Below the pieces are notes generated by a model. It did not search any database and had not been told where the DNA came from. It saw only the letters and a list, made by a program, of their open reading frames with translations. The position numbers and the translations under genes are program-made. A stretch of 64,000 nucleotides of DNA from Escherichia coli. GTDB lineage: Bacteria > Pseudomonadota > Gammaproteobacteria > Enterobacterales > Enterobacteriaceae. Below are positions 50,999 to 59,258 of this stretch, one piece after another (within the stretch, counting starts at the first letter, position 1; each line of letters opens with the position of its first letter). The stretch lies in NCBI GenBank assembly GCA_031701365.1, contig GCA_031701365.1_4118.1; one strand, written 5' to 3'.

Positions 50999-51640
50999 AT
51001 GACTAAGCAAGAAATATTCAAAACTTTAATTGACATTTTGCGTCCATCAAAAACTCGTTGTGCGATGGAGTTTGATATTCCTTATGCTGAACGCGTAATC
51101 TTTCCACAAGTTAAAGCTGCTGGACTTACTTTGCTTGGAATGGGGATGTACTCTGTAGTAGTTGAACATAAAAACTATCCTGGGCGTGCATTTAAAGTAA
51201 CCACATCCCGTTGGGATGGTTTTCGTGCTTATGCAAAGTACTGCATTGAAAACGCAGGAACCAAGTTTCTTCCAGTGATCTACAGTGCAAACGAACAAGG
51301 AAACTTTGGATGGTATGAGATGGACAAGTACTATCCTATAATTAAACAAAAAAATAATTATGATGACTTTGTTAGTACTAAAATTGGAGATTTATATTCT
51401 TATGCACATGCTGGTCAGTACGCTACTTCAGTGAATGATATGCGTGGAAATTCTGAAGAGATTGCTATTGCGACGGTCGCTGCTAACATCATGAAAGAGT
51501 TTCACGGGCGTTTTGTACCAGACATTCATTCCAGTAATGTCATGATGGATAAAGATGGCAATGTATTCATTACTGATCCTCTTTCGTGTGATGTACGTAG
51601 AGAAATACCAGTTACTGAAGAAGATCCAGTTTTTTATTGA
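50999..51640 (+). CDS. protein-kinase-like fold protein (putative small kinase)
   Basis: Gly-loop-like 'LGMGMYSVVV', 'RAFKV' lysine, catalytic-loop-like 'DIHSSNVMMDKDGNVFITDP'. Confidence 0.45.
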   Translation: MTKQEIFKTLIDILRPSKTRCAMEFDIPYAERVIFPQVKAAGLTLLGMGMYSVVVEHKNYPGRAFKVTTSRWDGFRAYAKYCIENAGTKFLPVIYSANEQGNFGWYEMDKYYPIIKQKNNYDDFVSTKIGDLYSYAHAGQYATSVNDMRGNSEEIAIATVAANIMKEFHGRFVPDIHSSNVMMDKDGNVFITDPLSCDVRREIPVTEEDPVFY

Positions 51641-51701
51641 CAGAACTGATGTTCTGGTGTATTCTTAATAAACCATAAAAATTGCGGTAAAGGATAAAAT
51701 C

Positions 51702-51983
51702 ATGCGTTCATTTGAAAACTTAATAGGTAAGCATCTTTTATCTGAAATTGATGCAGACGTTAAAGAATTATCCAAATCAAAAAGTTACATTCATTTGGAT
51801 GAACTGTTTATTAAGTACGGTGAGATTGGTTTTAAGTCATTATTTGTTTTTACTATGAAAGTACATAGTTTAAAGTACTTCGATTTGAGTGCTAAAGATG
51901 GTGAACCGAATCTATATTACATGTATTACCTTAAGAACAAAGATGAAGCTAATACATTACTCTCTGAATATATATTGGGGTAA
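51702..51983 (+). CDS. hypothetical protein
   Basis: 93 aa. Confidence 0.5.
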   Translation: MRSFENLIGKHLLSEIDADVKELSKSKSYIHLDELFIKYGEIGFKSLFVFTMKVHSLKYFDLSAKDGEPNLYYMYYLKNKDEANTLLSEYILG

Positions 51984-51985
51984 AA

Positions 51986-52324
51986 ATGGAACAATATTTT
52001 GAATTAATAAACAAAGTATCATTTTATGTAGTATCTTTGGTTTGGGTGTATTATATGTTTTGCTACATTATTGCATTCTTCCGATACACTACTTTATATG
52101 AACGTATCTACTATGATGCCCCAATTTCATTCTTGATGTTTTGTGCATGTACGTGGGGAATATTAGAAGTACTGATATGTGGGTATAGTACTGATGAATT
52201 AAATCTGGTATCGGTCTTGACTGGGTTTTCATTTGTTGTTATGATAGCTGCCGTTCCAGTATGGTTGTTCTTTGGACTAGTTCATCGCATTGATATATGG
52301 CGTTCTAATATCCCTGAAAAGTAA
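51986..52324 (+). CDS. small 3-TM membrane protein family, member A
   Basis: 112 aa; basic patch after TM1; C-terminal 'RSNIPEK'. Confidence 0.6.
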   Translation: MEQYFELINKVSFYVVSLVWVYYMFCYIIAFFRYTTLYERIYYDAPISFLMFCACTWGILEVLICGYSTDELNLVSVLTGFSFVVMIAAVPVWLFFGLVHRIDIWRSNIPEK

Positions 52325-52333
52325 GGATTTGTA

Positions 52334-52675
52334 ATGATTTATTACACTAACATGTTTGCCTATGCTGTTGCTTGCATTTACATTGTTTACTTCTTATTCG
52401 GTGGAGTACTGTGCTTCTTTAAGTACAAAACGTTGTTCAACCGAATGTACCCAAATCATCCAATTGTAGTTGTACTTTTGATTCTTTCAGTTTCTCAAAT
52501 AATCGTTGAAACTACAATGGGTATCAGTAGTGTACATTATAGTTTTGGTACTATAGTAATTATTACTATGCTTATTGCATACATTTTAGTACTTGGATAT
52601 GGTATCTTTGGTAATATTGGTATGAAAATGTATCATCGAATTAAAACATTACGTGATAATCTACCGGAGCGTTGA
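52334..52675 (+). CDS. small 3-TM membrane protein family, member B
   Basis: 'FFKYKTLFNRMYP'; C-terminal 'RDNLPER'. Confidence 0.6.
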   Translation: MIYYTNMFAYAVACIYIVYFLFGGVLCFFKYKTLFNRMYPNHPIVVVLLILSVSQIIVETTMGISSVHYSFGTIVIITMLIAYILVLGYGIFGNIGMKMYHRIKTLRDNLPER

Positions 52676-52676
52676 T

Positions 52677-53021
52677 ATGTATAATTTGAACCTAATCTCA
52701 TATATTATAACAACACTGTTTACATTCTATGCCTTTGTTGGTATAATCCTACTGTACTTTAAATTTTATAAAGTGTTTAACCGTTTCTATCCTTCAATGG
52801 AGAATGAGTTTTTCTTTGTGTTGTACGTAGGTTACACATTAATGGCTACATGTTTCACTGTAGCCGATGGTGTCATCGGCATTAAAACTGATTCCCCAAA
52901 TGGTAGTACGCTGGTTGCATTTATTCTTACCGGATTCCTTGCAACTTATATTGCCTTCATTACAACATGGTCAGTGGTTGAATTTCTCTTGCGACTACGA
53001 AAGAATATGCCGAATCGATAG
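52677..53021 (+). CDS. small 3-TM membrane protein family, member C
   Basis: ATG 52677 after GGAG; 'YFKFYKVFNRFYP'; C-terminal 'RKNMPNR'. Confidence 0.6.
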   Translation: MYNLNLISYIITTLFTFYAFVGIILLYFKFYKVFNRFYPSMENEFFFVLYVGYTLMATCFTVADGVIGIKTDSPNGSTLVAFILTGFLATYIAFITTWSVVEFLLRLRKNMPNR

Positions 53022-53030
53022 GAGACATAT

Positions 53031-53285
53031 ATGTTTGCATTGCGTAACAAAAACACTAAAGAATTATTATGTATTGATACCGTATGGGATTGTGCGGGTT
53101 CAACTACAGTTCTTGAAGAAGGAACTGGATATTGCGTGTTTGTTGTACATGATAGGAATGAACTCGAATTATTACTTGCTGAGTTCAATGCTGGTGGTAA
53201 TCCTAACAGTACTGAATACCCTGAGATTATCAATCCAGCACCTCCAGGTTCATATGAAATCCTACCACTATGGGTGTTGAAATAA
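53031..53285 (+). CDS. hypothetical protein
   Basis: 84 aa. Confidence 0.5.
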   Translation: MFALRNKNTKELLCIDTVWDCAGSTTVLEEGTGYCVFVVHDRNELELLLAEFNAGGNPNSTEYPEIINPAPPGSYEILPLWVLK

Positions 53286-53665
53286 TGCGACAAATGTACA
53301 AAGTAACCGAGCTAAACAAGCGTCTGGTTAAACAATCTATGTTTGAGGATAAAGAGTCTTACTATAACTTTAAACGTGCTGTAGAGGCTGCTATCCACAT
53401 CCAGAAGCTTAAAGAACGTGGTTGTATTATTCTGGAAAATGGTTCGGAAGTTGTAACGGATGACTTTAGTGTAGCGTTTGATGTTTCACCTGATGGGACG
53501 CTATCAATGCCCCGCTTAGGAACTGGAAACATGACTGTTTGGGTTGGCTTCACTATGGGGAATGTACCTGGTACTGTGTACGTAGATGATGCGGAATTGA
53601 AAGACAGTTTCAAAAACTTATCTTATCTTGAACCACAATACGCACATGAAATGAATTTATTTTGA
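53285..53665 (+). CDS. hypothetical protein
   Basis: ATG 53285 (TAATG overlap). Confidence 0.5.
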   Translation: MRQMYKVTELNKRLVKQSMFEDKESYYNFKRAVEAAIHIQKLKERGCIILENGSEVVTDDFSVAFDVSPDGTLSMPRLGTGNMTVWVGFTMGNVPGTVYVDDAELKDSFKNLSYLEPQYAHEMNLF

Positions 53666-53666
53666 G

Positions 53667-53694
53667 TTGACAAACACATTCAGTACTGTATAAT
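53667..53694 (+). promoter_or_regulatory. CAGTACTG-class promoter (TTGACA-16-TATAAT)
   Basis: 'gttgacaaacacattcagtactgtataatgcttatcaa'. Confidence 0.6.
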
Positions 53695-53742
53695 GCTTAT
53701 CAAGGGGGATGAACTTCTCATCCCTACAATCGAGGAACTACC

Positions 53743-54297
53743 ATGATTACTTTTAAGAAAACTGCTAACCACATCCATGAAATCTACATTAACGGTCATA
53801 AAGCTGGCCTTCTTCGTTTACTCGCCCATCACCCTGATGCTACCGTATCTGATAATGAACCTAAAGATTGGCGTGTCTTTTTCTTTGGAAAGTACAGTGA
53901 TTTTCAAGTATCAAACCTGAAGAACATTCGTTCAGTATGCACGTTAACTGAAATTAAAGAAAAGTTAGCACAAGCATTGAAAACTAATCCAGATGGTGTT
54001 CTTCCACCTGATAACTTTGTAGAGAAAGGTTATGCCTTAGCTCATTTCAAAGATGGTACTATTCAATCTATCAGTACTGAATATGAATATCATTGGACTG
54101 AGTACTTCACTTATGGTTCGAGTAATACATTGATGGATTCACGTAGTAAATTGGAAGAAGTACTGACTCGTATGAATGAACGCGAGCGTCAGTTATATGA
54201 CAAACCAGAAATGTGGAGTTCAACTTACATTGACCGTATTGACTATGTTATTATGACTCCAATCTTTGACACTGCTTACTATGATTCTTTGAAATAA
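53743..54297 (+). CDS. hypothetical protein
   Basis: 184 aa. Confidence 0.55.
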   Translation: MITFKKTANHIHEIYINGHKAGLLRLLAHHPDATVSDNEPKDWRVFFFGKYSDFQVSNLKNIRSVCTLTEIKEKLAQALKTNPDGVLPPDNFVEKGYALAHFKDGTIQSISTEYEYHWTEYFTYGSSNTLMDSRSKLEEVLTRMNERERQLYDKPEMWSSTYIDRIDYVIMTPIFDTAYYDSLK

Positions 54298-54308
54298 GGA
54301 TAACTTAT

Positions 54309-54485
54309 ATGAAACTACGTACTCGTAATCGACTGATGGATGCACTGTACCATGAACAGCTTTCACTGAATGAAGTGAAGCGTCAGTTAATGTACACATA
54401 TCAGTTTCCCGCTCGCATTGCAAAACAACGTGCTAAAGAATTGCTGAAAGAAGCAATCGAGTACTGGGAATCTGATTCGTACTAA
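54309..54485 (+). CDS. small basic helical protein (58 aa)
   Basis: Hand-translated; below track cutoff. Confidence 0.35.
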   Translation: MKLRTRNRLMDALYHEQLSLNEVKRQLMYTYQFPARIAKQRAKELLKEAIEYWESDSY

Positions 54486-54513
54486 TTGTCACGTTAATTA
54501 AGTGAGGCGATAA

Positions 54514-54765
54514 ATGAAAATTTTATTAGTTCTAATACTACTAATTGTTTTACCATTTACGTTAGTATCCCCTGAACTTGCATGGAATGTGTTTGTGTAC
54601 TTACTATGTACTATGGTGGTAAATGGTATCTTGTTCTTAGTTCTATTCATAAATGGAATAGGACACGGTGGAGGATGGACCAGTACTGCTAATATTGTAC
54701 ATAAAACCACTATGTCTTTATTTGTAGTGTGGAATTTATTCTGGACTTGGTTTGTGTTCTTCTAA
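54514..54765 (+). CDS. small membrane protein
   Basis: 83 aa; 3 hydrophobic segments. Confidence 0.5.
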   Translation: MKILLVLILLIVLPFTLVSPELAWNVFVYLLCTMVVNGILFLVLFINGIGHGGGWTSTANIVHKTTMSLFVVWNLFWTWFVFF

Positions 54766-54773
54766 TTAAAAAT

Positions 54774-55145
54774 ATGAATATAGATTTGAAAGGTGCAACA
54801 CGAACTGTTATCCTCATTGGTGAATATGCTATCAAGATTCCAACCTTTAAAAGTTGGAAGCTATTCTTAACAGGGATGATAGCTAACCTCAATGAACGTT
54901 CGTGGATGCAGTACTCCAATCGTAGTGATACTGGTATCTGTCCTACTTTGTGGTCATCATGTACTGGACTAGTAACTGTACAGAAACGTTGTAAGCCAGT
55001 TCAACATAGGGGTTTATTTTGGGTGGAGTTGTGTGCTTTAGCATTGAATTCAGAGTTAAGTACTGACTTCTTTTATTCAGATGCGAAGCCAGAAAACTTT
55101 GGTTATCTGAATGGTAAGTTAGTTAAACTTGATTACGGAGATTAA
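54774..55145 (+). CDS. truncated protein-kinase-like ORF (N-lobe through DFG-like motif)
   Basis: 'GEYAIKIP' (beta3 Lys-like), 'SDAKPENFGYLNGKLVKLDYGD*' (D-x-K-P-x-N then DYG, stop directly after). Confidence 0.4.
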   Translation: MNIDLKGATRTVILIGEYAIKIPTFKSWKLFLTGMIANLNERSWMQYSNRSDTGICPTLWSSCTGLVTVQKRCKPVQHRGLFWVELCALALNSELSTDFFYSDAKPENFGYLNGKLVKLDYGD

Positions 55146-55227
55146 TATGTACGCGTGAAAGTCTAGTAGAAATTGAATACGACTAAGTAAACCAAGATTT
55201 TTTTGAAGTTACACAAAGGAACATAAC

Positions 55228-55422
55228 ATGTTATTAGTATATTCAAAGCGTTTCTGGATTTCATTTATTGTACTATCGCTAATCGGCTTCGGTGTGAGTA
55301 TACTCTTTTCGTGGGATGATTTGGATACATGGTATTATGAAGTTCCGTGGTACATGAAGATGGCTCCTTGTTACGCGGCATTGTTCGTGTCCTTCCTTAT
55401 TGTTGTCTTCAGTGAGGATTAG
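55228..55422 (+). CDS. small membrane protein
   Basis: 64 aa. Confidence 0.45.
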   Translation: MLLVYSKRFWISFIVLSLIGFGVSILFSWDDLDTWYYEVPWYMKMAPCYAALFVSFLIVVFSED

Positions 55423-55489
55423 TTGATGTAGTGGCAGTCAACTCGATGGGTATGAGATTGTTAAGTTGGGAATTATTGAGTAAAAGGTA

Positions 55490-55518
55490 TTGACACCGTT
55501 CCCATTTAACAGTATTAT
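55490..55518 (+). promoter_or_regulatory. sigma70-type promoter (TTGACA-17-TATTAT) with conserved leader
   Basis: Leader 'tgtacaccaagtaatgaggaat' nearly identical to 55859-55880. Confidence 0.5.
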
Positions 55519-55555
55519 GTATGTACACCAAGTAATGAGGAATAGGAGTGAAACA

Positions 55556-55816
55556 ATGTTAACACCTGAACAGCAAGAAGCCCAAATCGCTAAACACAGC
55601 CTTGACTTTCCTAACGGTATGACAGTTAAAGAACTGAAAGCACTCATTGCTGATTGGCCTGAAACTAACCAATACGGTGAAGATACTAAAGTACTGATCA
55701 GCACTCAAGATGGTATTGATTGCACAGTGCATTCATCTTGGTGCAGTGAAGTTCGTTTCAATGCAAACGATGAACTGGTATATGATCTTAGTTTGGATGT
55801 AGAAGACCGCAATTAA
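55556..55816 (+). CDS. hypothetical protein
   Basis: ATG 55556 after GAGGAATAGGAG. Confidence 0.5.
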   Translation: MLTPEQQEAQIAKHSLDFPNGMTVKELKALIADWPETNQYGEDTKVLISTQDGIDCTVHSSWCSEVRFNANDELVYDLSLDVEDRN

Positions 55817-55887
55817 GACAAATAAAAGGATTGACACTAGTTCTATAGTATTGTAACATGTGTACACCAAATAATGAGGAATCTGAA

Positions 55888-56247
55888 ATGGCATCTTTAA
55901 CTGAAATCACTGAACTGAATCCACTGGCAATTAGTACTGTTCAACGCACAAAGACGTTTTACTTTCGTCCAGTCGATGGTTGGAAGCGTGGTGAGAATGG
56001 CGACTATCGTGTTCTGGAAGATAATCTCGTTGAACGTGTGAATTCAGAACTTAATGTTTATGAAGGTGTTACGGTTGTACGTTCACATTCTCGTTATTTC
56101 GAATACTACATTGAGTCTTCATCGGTAAATGAAAACCGTTCATTTTCTGTTGACAATACTGATGCACTGCGTAATGCAGTATCTATTTTGTGCAATATTG
56201 CAGAAGAAATGGGTTTAACTATCGTAACGATTGGTGAGTTAGCATGA
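55888..56247 (+). CDS. hypothetical protein
   Basis: ATG 55888 after duplicated leader/RBS cassette. Confidence 0.5.
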   Translation: MASLTEITELNPLAISTVQRTKTFYFRPVDGWKRGENGDYRVLEDNLVERVNSELNVYEGVTVVRSHSRYFEYYIESSSVNENRSFSVDNTDALRNAVSILCNIAEEMGLTIVTIGELA

Positions 56248-56441
56248 TTAAAACTTTTATTCTTACAATGGTATTTGGTTCTTATGGTTATGGTGGTGGT
56301 GTGGCGACCGTTGAGTATCCAGTATACGAAGATTGCAAAGCTGCTGCTGAAGTGTTTGTAAAAACAACTAAAGATTTGGCTACCGTTACTGATGCCAAAG
56401 CGTGGTGTACAACTAAAAATACACCAGAAACTAAGAAGTAA
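56244..56441 (+). CDS. small secreted/membrane protein
   Basis: 65 aa; hydrophobic N-terminus then Gly-rich. Confidence 0.45.
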   Translation: MIKTFILTMVFGSYGYGGGVATVEYPVYEDCKAAAEVFVKTTKDLATVTDAKAWCTTKNTPETKK

Positions 56442-56448
56442 AAAATAA

Positions 56449-56482
56449 AGGGTTGACAGTAGTCATCCCTTTTTGCTATAAT
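56449..56482 (+). promoter_or_regulatory. PeSL-like cassette (AGGGTTGAC-AGTA-GTCATCCCT + T-run; TTGACA-18-TATAAT)
   Basis: Directly upstream of denV; shares 'ctttttgctataat(c/t)atttcatc' with copies 7 and 8. Confidence 0.65.
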
Positions 56483-56510
56483 CATTTCATCGAAACGAGA
56501 GGATGAAAAC

Positions 56511-56948
56511 ATGACACGCATTAACTTAGTACACGTTAAAGAACTTGCTGACCAACATCTGATGGCTGAATACCGTGAACTCCCACGTGTGTTTGGTGCT
56601 GTACAAAAACATGTTCAAGCAGGTAAACGAGTACGTGATTTCAAAATTAACAGTACTTATCTGTTAGGTTCAGGTCATGTAACATTCTTCTATAACAAGT
56701 TATTGTACTTACAGAAGCGTCATATTGATATTGTTAACGAATGTTTGCGTCGTGGTATGAAGATTCAAAACATTGAAGTAAACGACATTAGCAGCTTCCC
56801 TGCGGAGTTTTGCCAGGACTATGTGCCATCTGATTCAGAGATTAAAATGTCTCGTGACCGTTTGATTGAGAAGCTCCAGATGAAGCCTACGTGGTATAAG
56901 TTTACTGATGTTGAGTTACCTGAGTACTATACCGAGATGATTAAGTAA
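56511..56948 (+). CDS. denV: endonuclease V, pyrimidine-dimer DNA glycosylase (T4 DenV homolog)
   Basis: 145 aa; 'MTRINL...[33 protein letters not shown]...GHVTFFY' matches the T4 endonuclease V sequence as I recall it, including N-terminal Thr2 and catalytic-region residues. Confidence 0.9.
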   Translation: MTRINLVHVKELADQHLMAEYRELPRVFGAVQKHVQAGKRVRDFKINSTYLLGSGHVTFFYNKLLYLQKRHIDIVNECLRRGMKIQNIEVNDISSFPAEFCQDYVPSDSEIKMSRDRLIEKLQMKPTWYKFTDVELPEYYTEMIK

Positions 56949-56961
56949 ATAGAGATTAAAA

Positions 56962-57177
56962 ATGATACTTGACACTTCTAGATACAAGTTTTCAAACAAC
57001 CAGAACACAAATAGAACACACACCATGAAATGGTGGTTGAGACATCGTGATAAGGTTTTGAACACACACACCGTATCAGAACTTATCTCGGCAATTATAG
57101 AATTAAGCGATGATGATTGTGTTGAAAACAATATATATAATTTATGGAATGATTATATTAACATAACTAAGGGTTGA
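56962..57177 (+). CDS. hypothetical protein
   Basis: 71 aa. Confidence 0.45.
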   Translation: MILDTSRYKFSNNQNTNRTHTMKWWLRHRDKVLNTHTVSELISAIIELSDDDCVENNIYNLWNDYINITKG

Positions 57178-57203
57178 CTTCGGTCAGCCCTTTTTGCTAT
57201 AAT
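57171..57203 (+). promoter_or_regulatory. PeSL-like cassette (GGGTTGAC-TTCG-GTCAGCCC + T5; TTGACT-18-TATAAT)
   Basis: ~45-bp identical to copy at 59198. Confidence 0.7.
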
Positions 57204-57229
57204 TATTTCATCAACACAAGAGGTAACAA

Positions 57230-57466
57230 ATGAAACTATCTTTTATACGATTAGCTGAATTCTTCGGTACTGATATTATTACTTTACAACAAATTGCAGA
57301 CAATACTTCATTAAGTACACAAGAAGTACTTGACTTAGATGTAATTAAGTGTGATAATACTTCCATCGATTTCAAAGAAGGTCTTGTCGAAAAAGATAAG
57401 ATTCAGGCTAAGATTAATGGTGCTGGACGGGTTCAGTACTGGAAAGGAGTTTTGAGTAATGTATAA
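57230..57466 (+). CDS. hypothetical protein
   Basis: 78 aa. Confidence 0.5.
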   Translation: MKLSFIRLAEFFGTDIITLQQIADNTSLSTQEVLDLDVIKCDNTSIDFKEGLVEKDKIQAKINGAGRVQYWKGVLSNV

Positions 57467-58835
57467 CAATGAACATAAAAAATTAATTGAAAATTTTGAT
57501 GGTTATGTATATATAAAGTCAGAAAAACTTAATAACAACTGTTATATACATTATAATCATCCTGAACGTTATCTTCCAGTCAAAATTGAATTATCTGATC
57601 TTGTTAAAAGTGTTAAAAAAAATAAAAATCAACTAGCTCCACTACGAACAAAAGAAGAAATAGTTGAAATTGTTAGAAATAAATTTATTAATAAAAAACA
57701 ATATTCAATAAAAAAAATTGATTATAATAAAAGAAGTTCTGAGTGTATTGTTCATTATGATGACAATTCTGGAATTACATATACAGTTTCATTACAAACT
57801 TTAATATATAAAAATTGGGAACCAGAGACAGCTAAGCCAAGAAAGACATTGAATATGCATATTGAATATGCAAAGAAAAAATTACATGAATTAGGTCATG
57901 AATTTATAAAATTTAATAGTGATAAAATTGATAAAAAAACATATGTTATTTACAAACATAGCTCAAGAATATTACCATGTGAAATACAATATTACGAATT
58001 GCGTAGATGTGATGATAAATTAATACCTCATTTGACTATAGATGAAATAAAAGCAAAAGTTGAGCATGAAGCATCAATACAAAATGTAATAATAACAGAT
58101 ATTATAGAATGTATAAATTTATCATATTCTAATATAAAATATAAATTACCTGAAAATAATGATATAGGTGGTGAAGTACAATATATAAGTATGATTAAGG
58201 ATGGATTTTCGTTTAGACATAAAAATAATATCAAAACTGATAATTTTTATTATAATTATGGTGTGGAGTTTTGTAAAAAAAATGGTTTGGTATTCATAAA
58301 AGTGATTGAGTATAATAAAAAAATGACAAAATATCATTTTAAAATGCTAAATGGTGAAGATTGGAAACCAACTTATAGCTCTTTGGCACATAGTGGTTCT
58401 TTATGTAAAGGTGGATACCAAAATAATAATGCTGCCCGTGTATATGTGAATAATGACCATTGTGGTGAAGCTGACAATGCTGGGAAAACCATGCAAAAAA
58501 AATTCAATAATAGATTAACGGTTAGAAATAATTCATTTTATAAAAATTATGGTATTAAAAATTTTTGGAAAAATGAATTATTGATTTTATTTAATAATAA
58601 AAATGGTGGTAAATTAGCTACTGAATTGGAAAAAATAATTCATACAACTGCATTATGTGGAAGACCACATGGAAGAACCGGTTATTATGAAAAAGGCGAT
58701 GGGTGCACAGAAACATTCAACAACATCCATCGACCTAAAGTTAACGAAGCCATTAAAAAGTTCTTAGCAGAACATGAAGGTGAGTACATTATCGAACGTG
58801 ATATCAATGGTATTTTTGGTGAAGTAATTTTGTAA
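57459..58835 (+). CDS. AT-rich Lys/Asn/Tyr-rich protein with internal ~40-aa repeats (possible acquired/mobile gene; nuclease role unproven)
   Basis: 458 aa; four repeats of 'x-Y-x-I-K-...-Y-x-I-H-Y'-like module; Cys/His-containing C-terminal region; local composition markedly more AT-rich than flanks. Confidence 0.5.
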   Translation: MYNNEHKKLIENFDGYVYIKSEKLNNNCYIHYNHPERYLPVKIELSDLVKSVKKNKNQLAPLRTKEEIVEIVRNKFINKKQYSIKKIDYNKRSSECIVHYDDNSGITYTVSLQTLIYKNWEPETAKPRKTLNMHIEYAKKKLHELGHEFIKFNSDKIDKKTYVIYKHSSRILPCEIQYYELRRCDDKLIPHLTIDEIKAKVEHEASIQNVIITDIIECINLSYSNIKYKLPENNDIGGEVQYISMIKDGFSFRHKNNIKTDNFYYNYGVEFCKKNGLVFIKVIEYNKKMTKYHFKMLNGEDWKPTYSSLAHSGSLCKGGYQNNNAARVYVNNDHCGEADNAGKTMQKKFNNRLTVRNNSFYKNYGIKNFWKNELLILFNNKNGGKLATELEKIIHTTALCGRPHGRTGYYEKGDGCTETFNNIHRPKVNEAIKKFLAEHEGEYIIERDINGIFGEVIL

Positions 58836-58855
58836 AACAAAAGAGGTTAATTAAA

Positions 58856-59182
58856 ATGAAAAAGTTAATGTTAGTTATGTTAATGTGTTTATCAACAACA
58901 GTGAATGCAAAAACTGAAGCATCAACAACATGTAAATCCACAAAAACTGACACTATCTACAATTTGTATTTGGATGTAACAACACAAACAGCAAAAATAG
59001 ATGGAAAGAAGTTTATGTTTGAAAGTCAAGAAGTATTTAAAGATGGAAGTGGTTCGTATACTATTTTTTCAAATGATAAATTGAATCAAAAATTAAAAGT
59101 TTTTGTTATTAAACCTAATAAGATAAAATATATTATTACCTATAATGGTAAAAATATTGATATGGGTAATTGTGTGTATTAA
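58856..59182 (+). CDS. secreted two-cysteine protein (family member 3)
   Basis: 'MKKLMLVMLMCLSTTVNA|KTE'; 'KIDGKKFMFESQEV'; C-terminal 'GNCVY'. Confidence 0.55.
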   Translation: MKKLMLVMLMCLSTTVNAKTEASTTCKSTKTDTIYNLYLDVTTQTAKIDGKKFMFESQEVFKDGSGSYTIFSNDKLNQKLKVFVIKPNKIKYIITYNGKNIDMGNCVY

Positions 59183-59197
59183 ATATGTTTATAAAAA

Positions 59198-59230
59198 GGG
59201 TTGACTTCGGTCAGCCCTTTTTGCTATAAT
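59198..59230 (+). promoter_or_regulatory. PeSL-like cassette (GGGTTGAC-TTCG-GTCAGCCC + T5; TTGACT-18-TATAAT)
   Basis: Identical to 57171 copy through 'gctataattatttcatcaac'. Confidence 0.7.
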
Positions 59231-59258
59231 TATTTCATCAACTGATGAGGATAACGAA

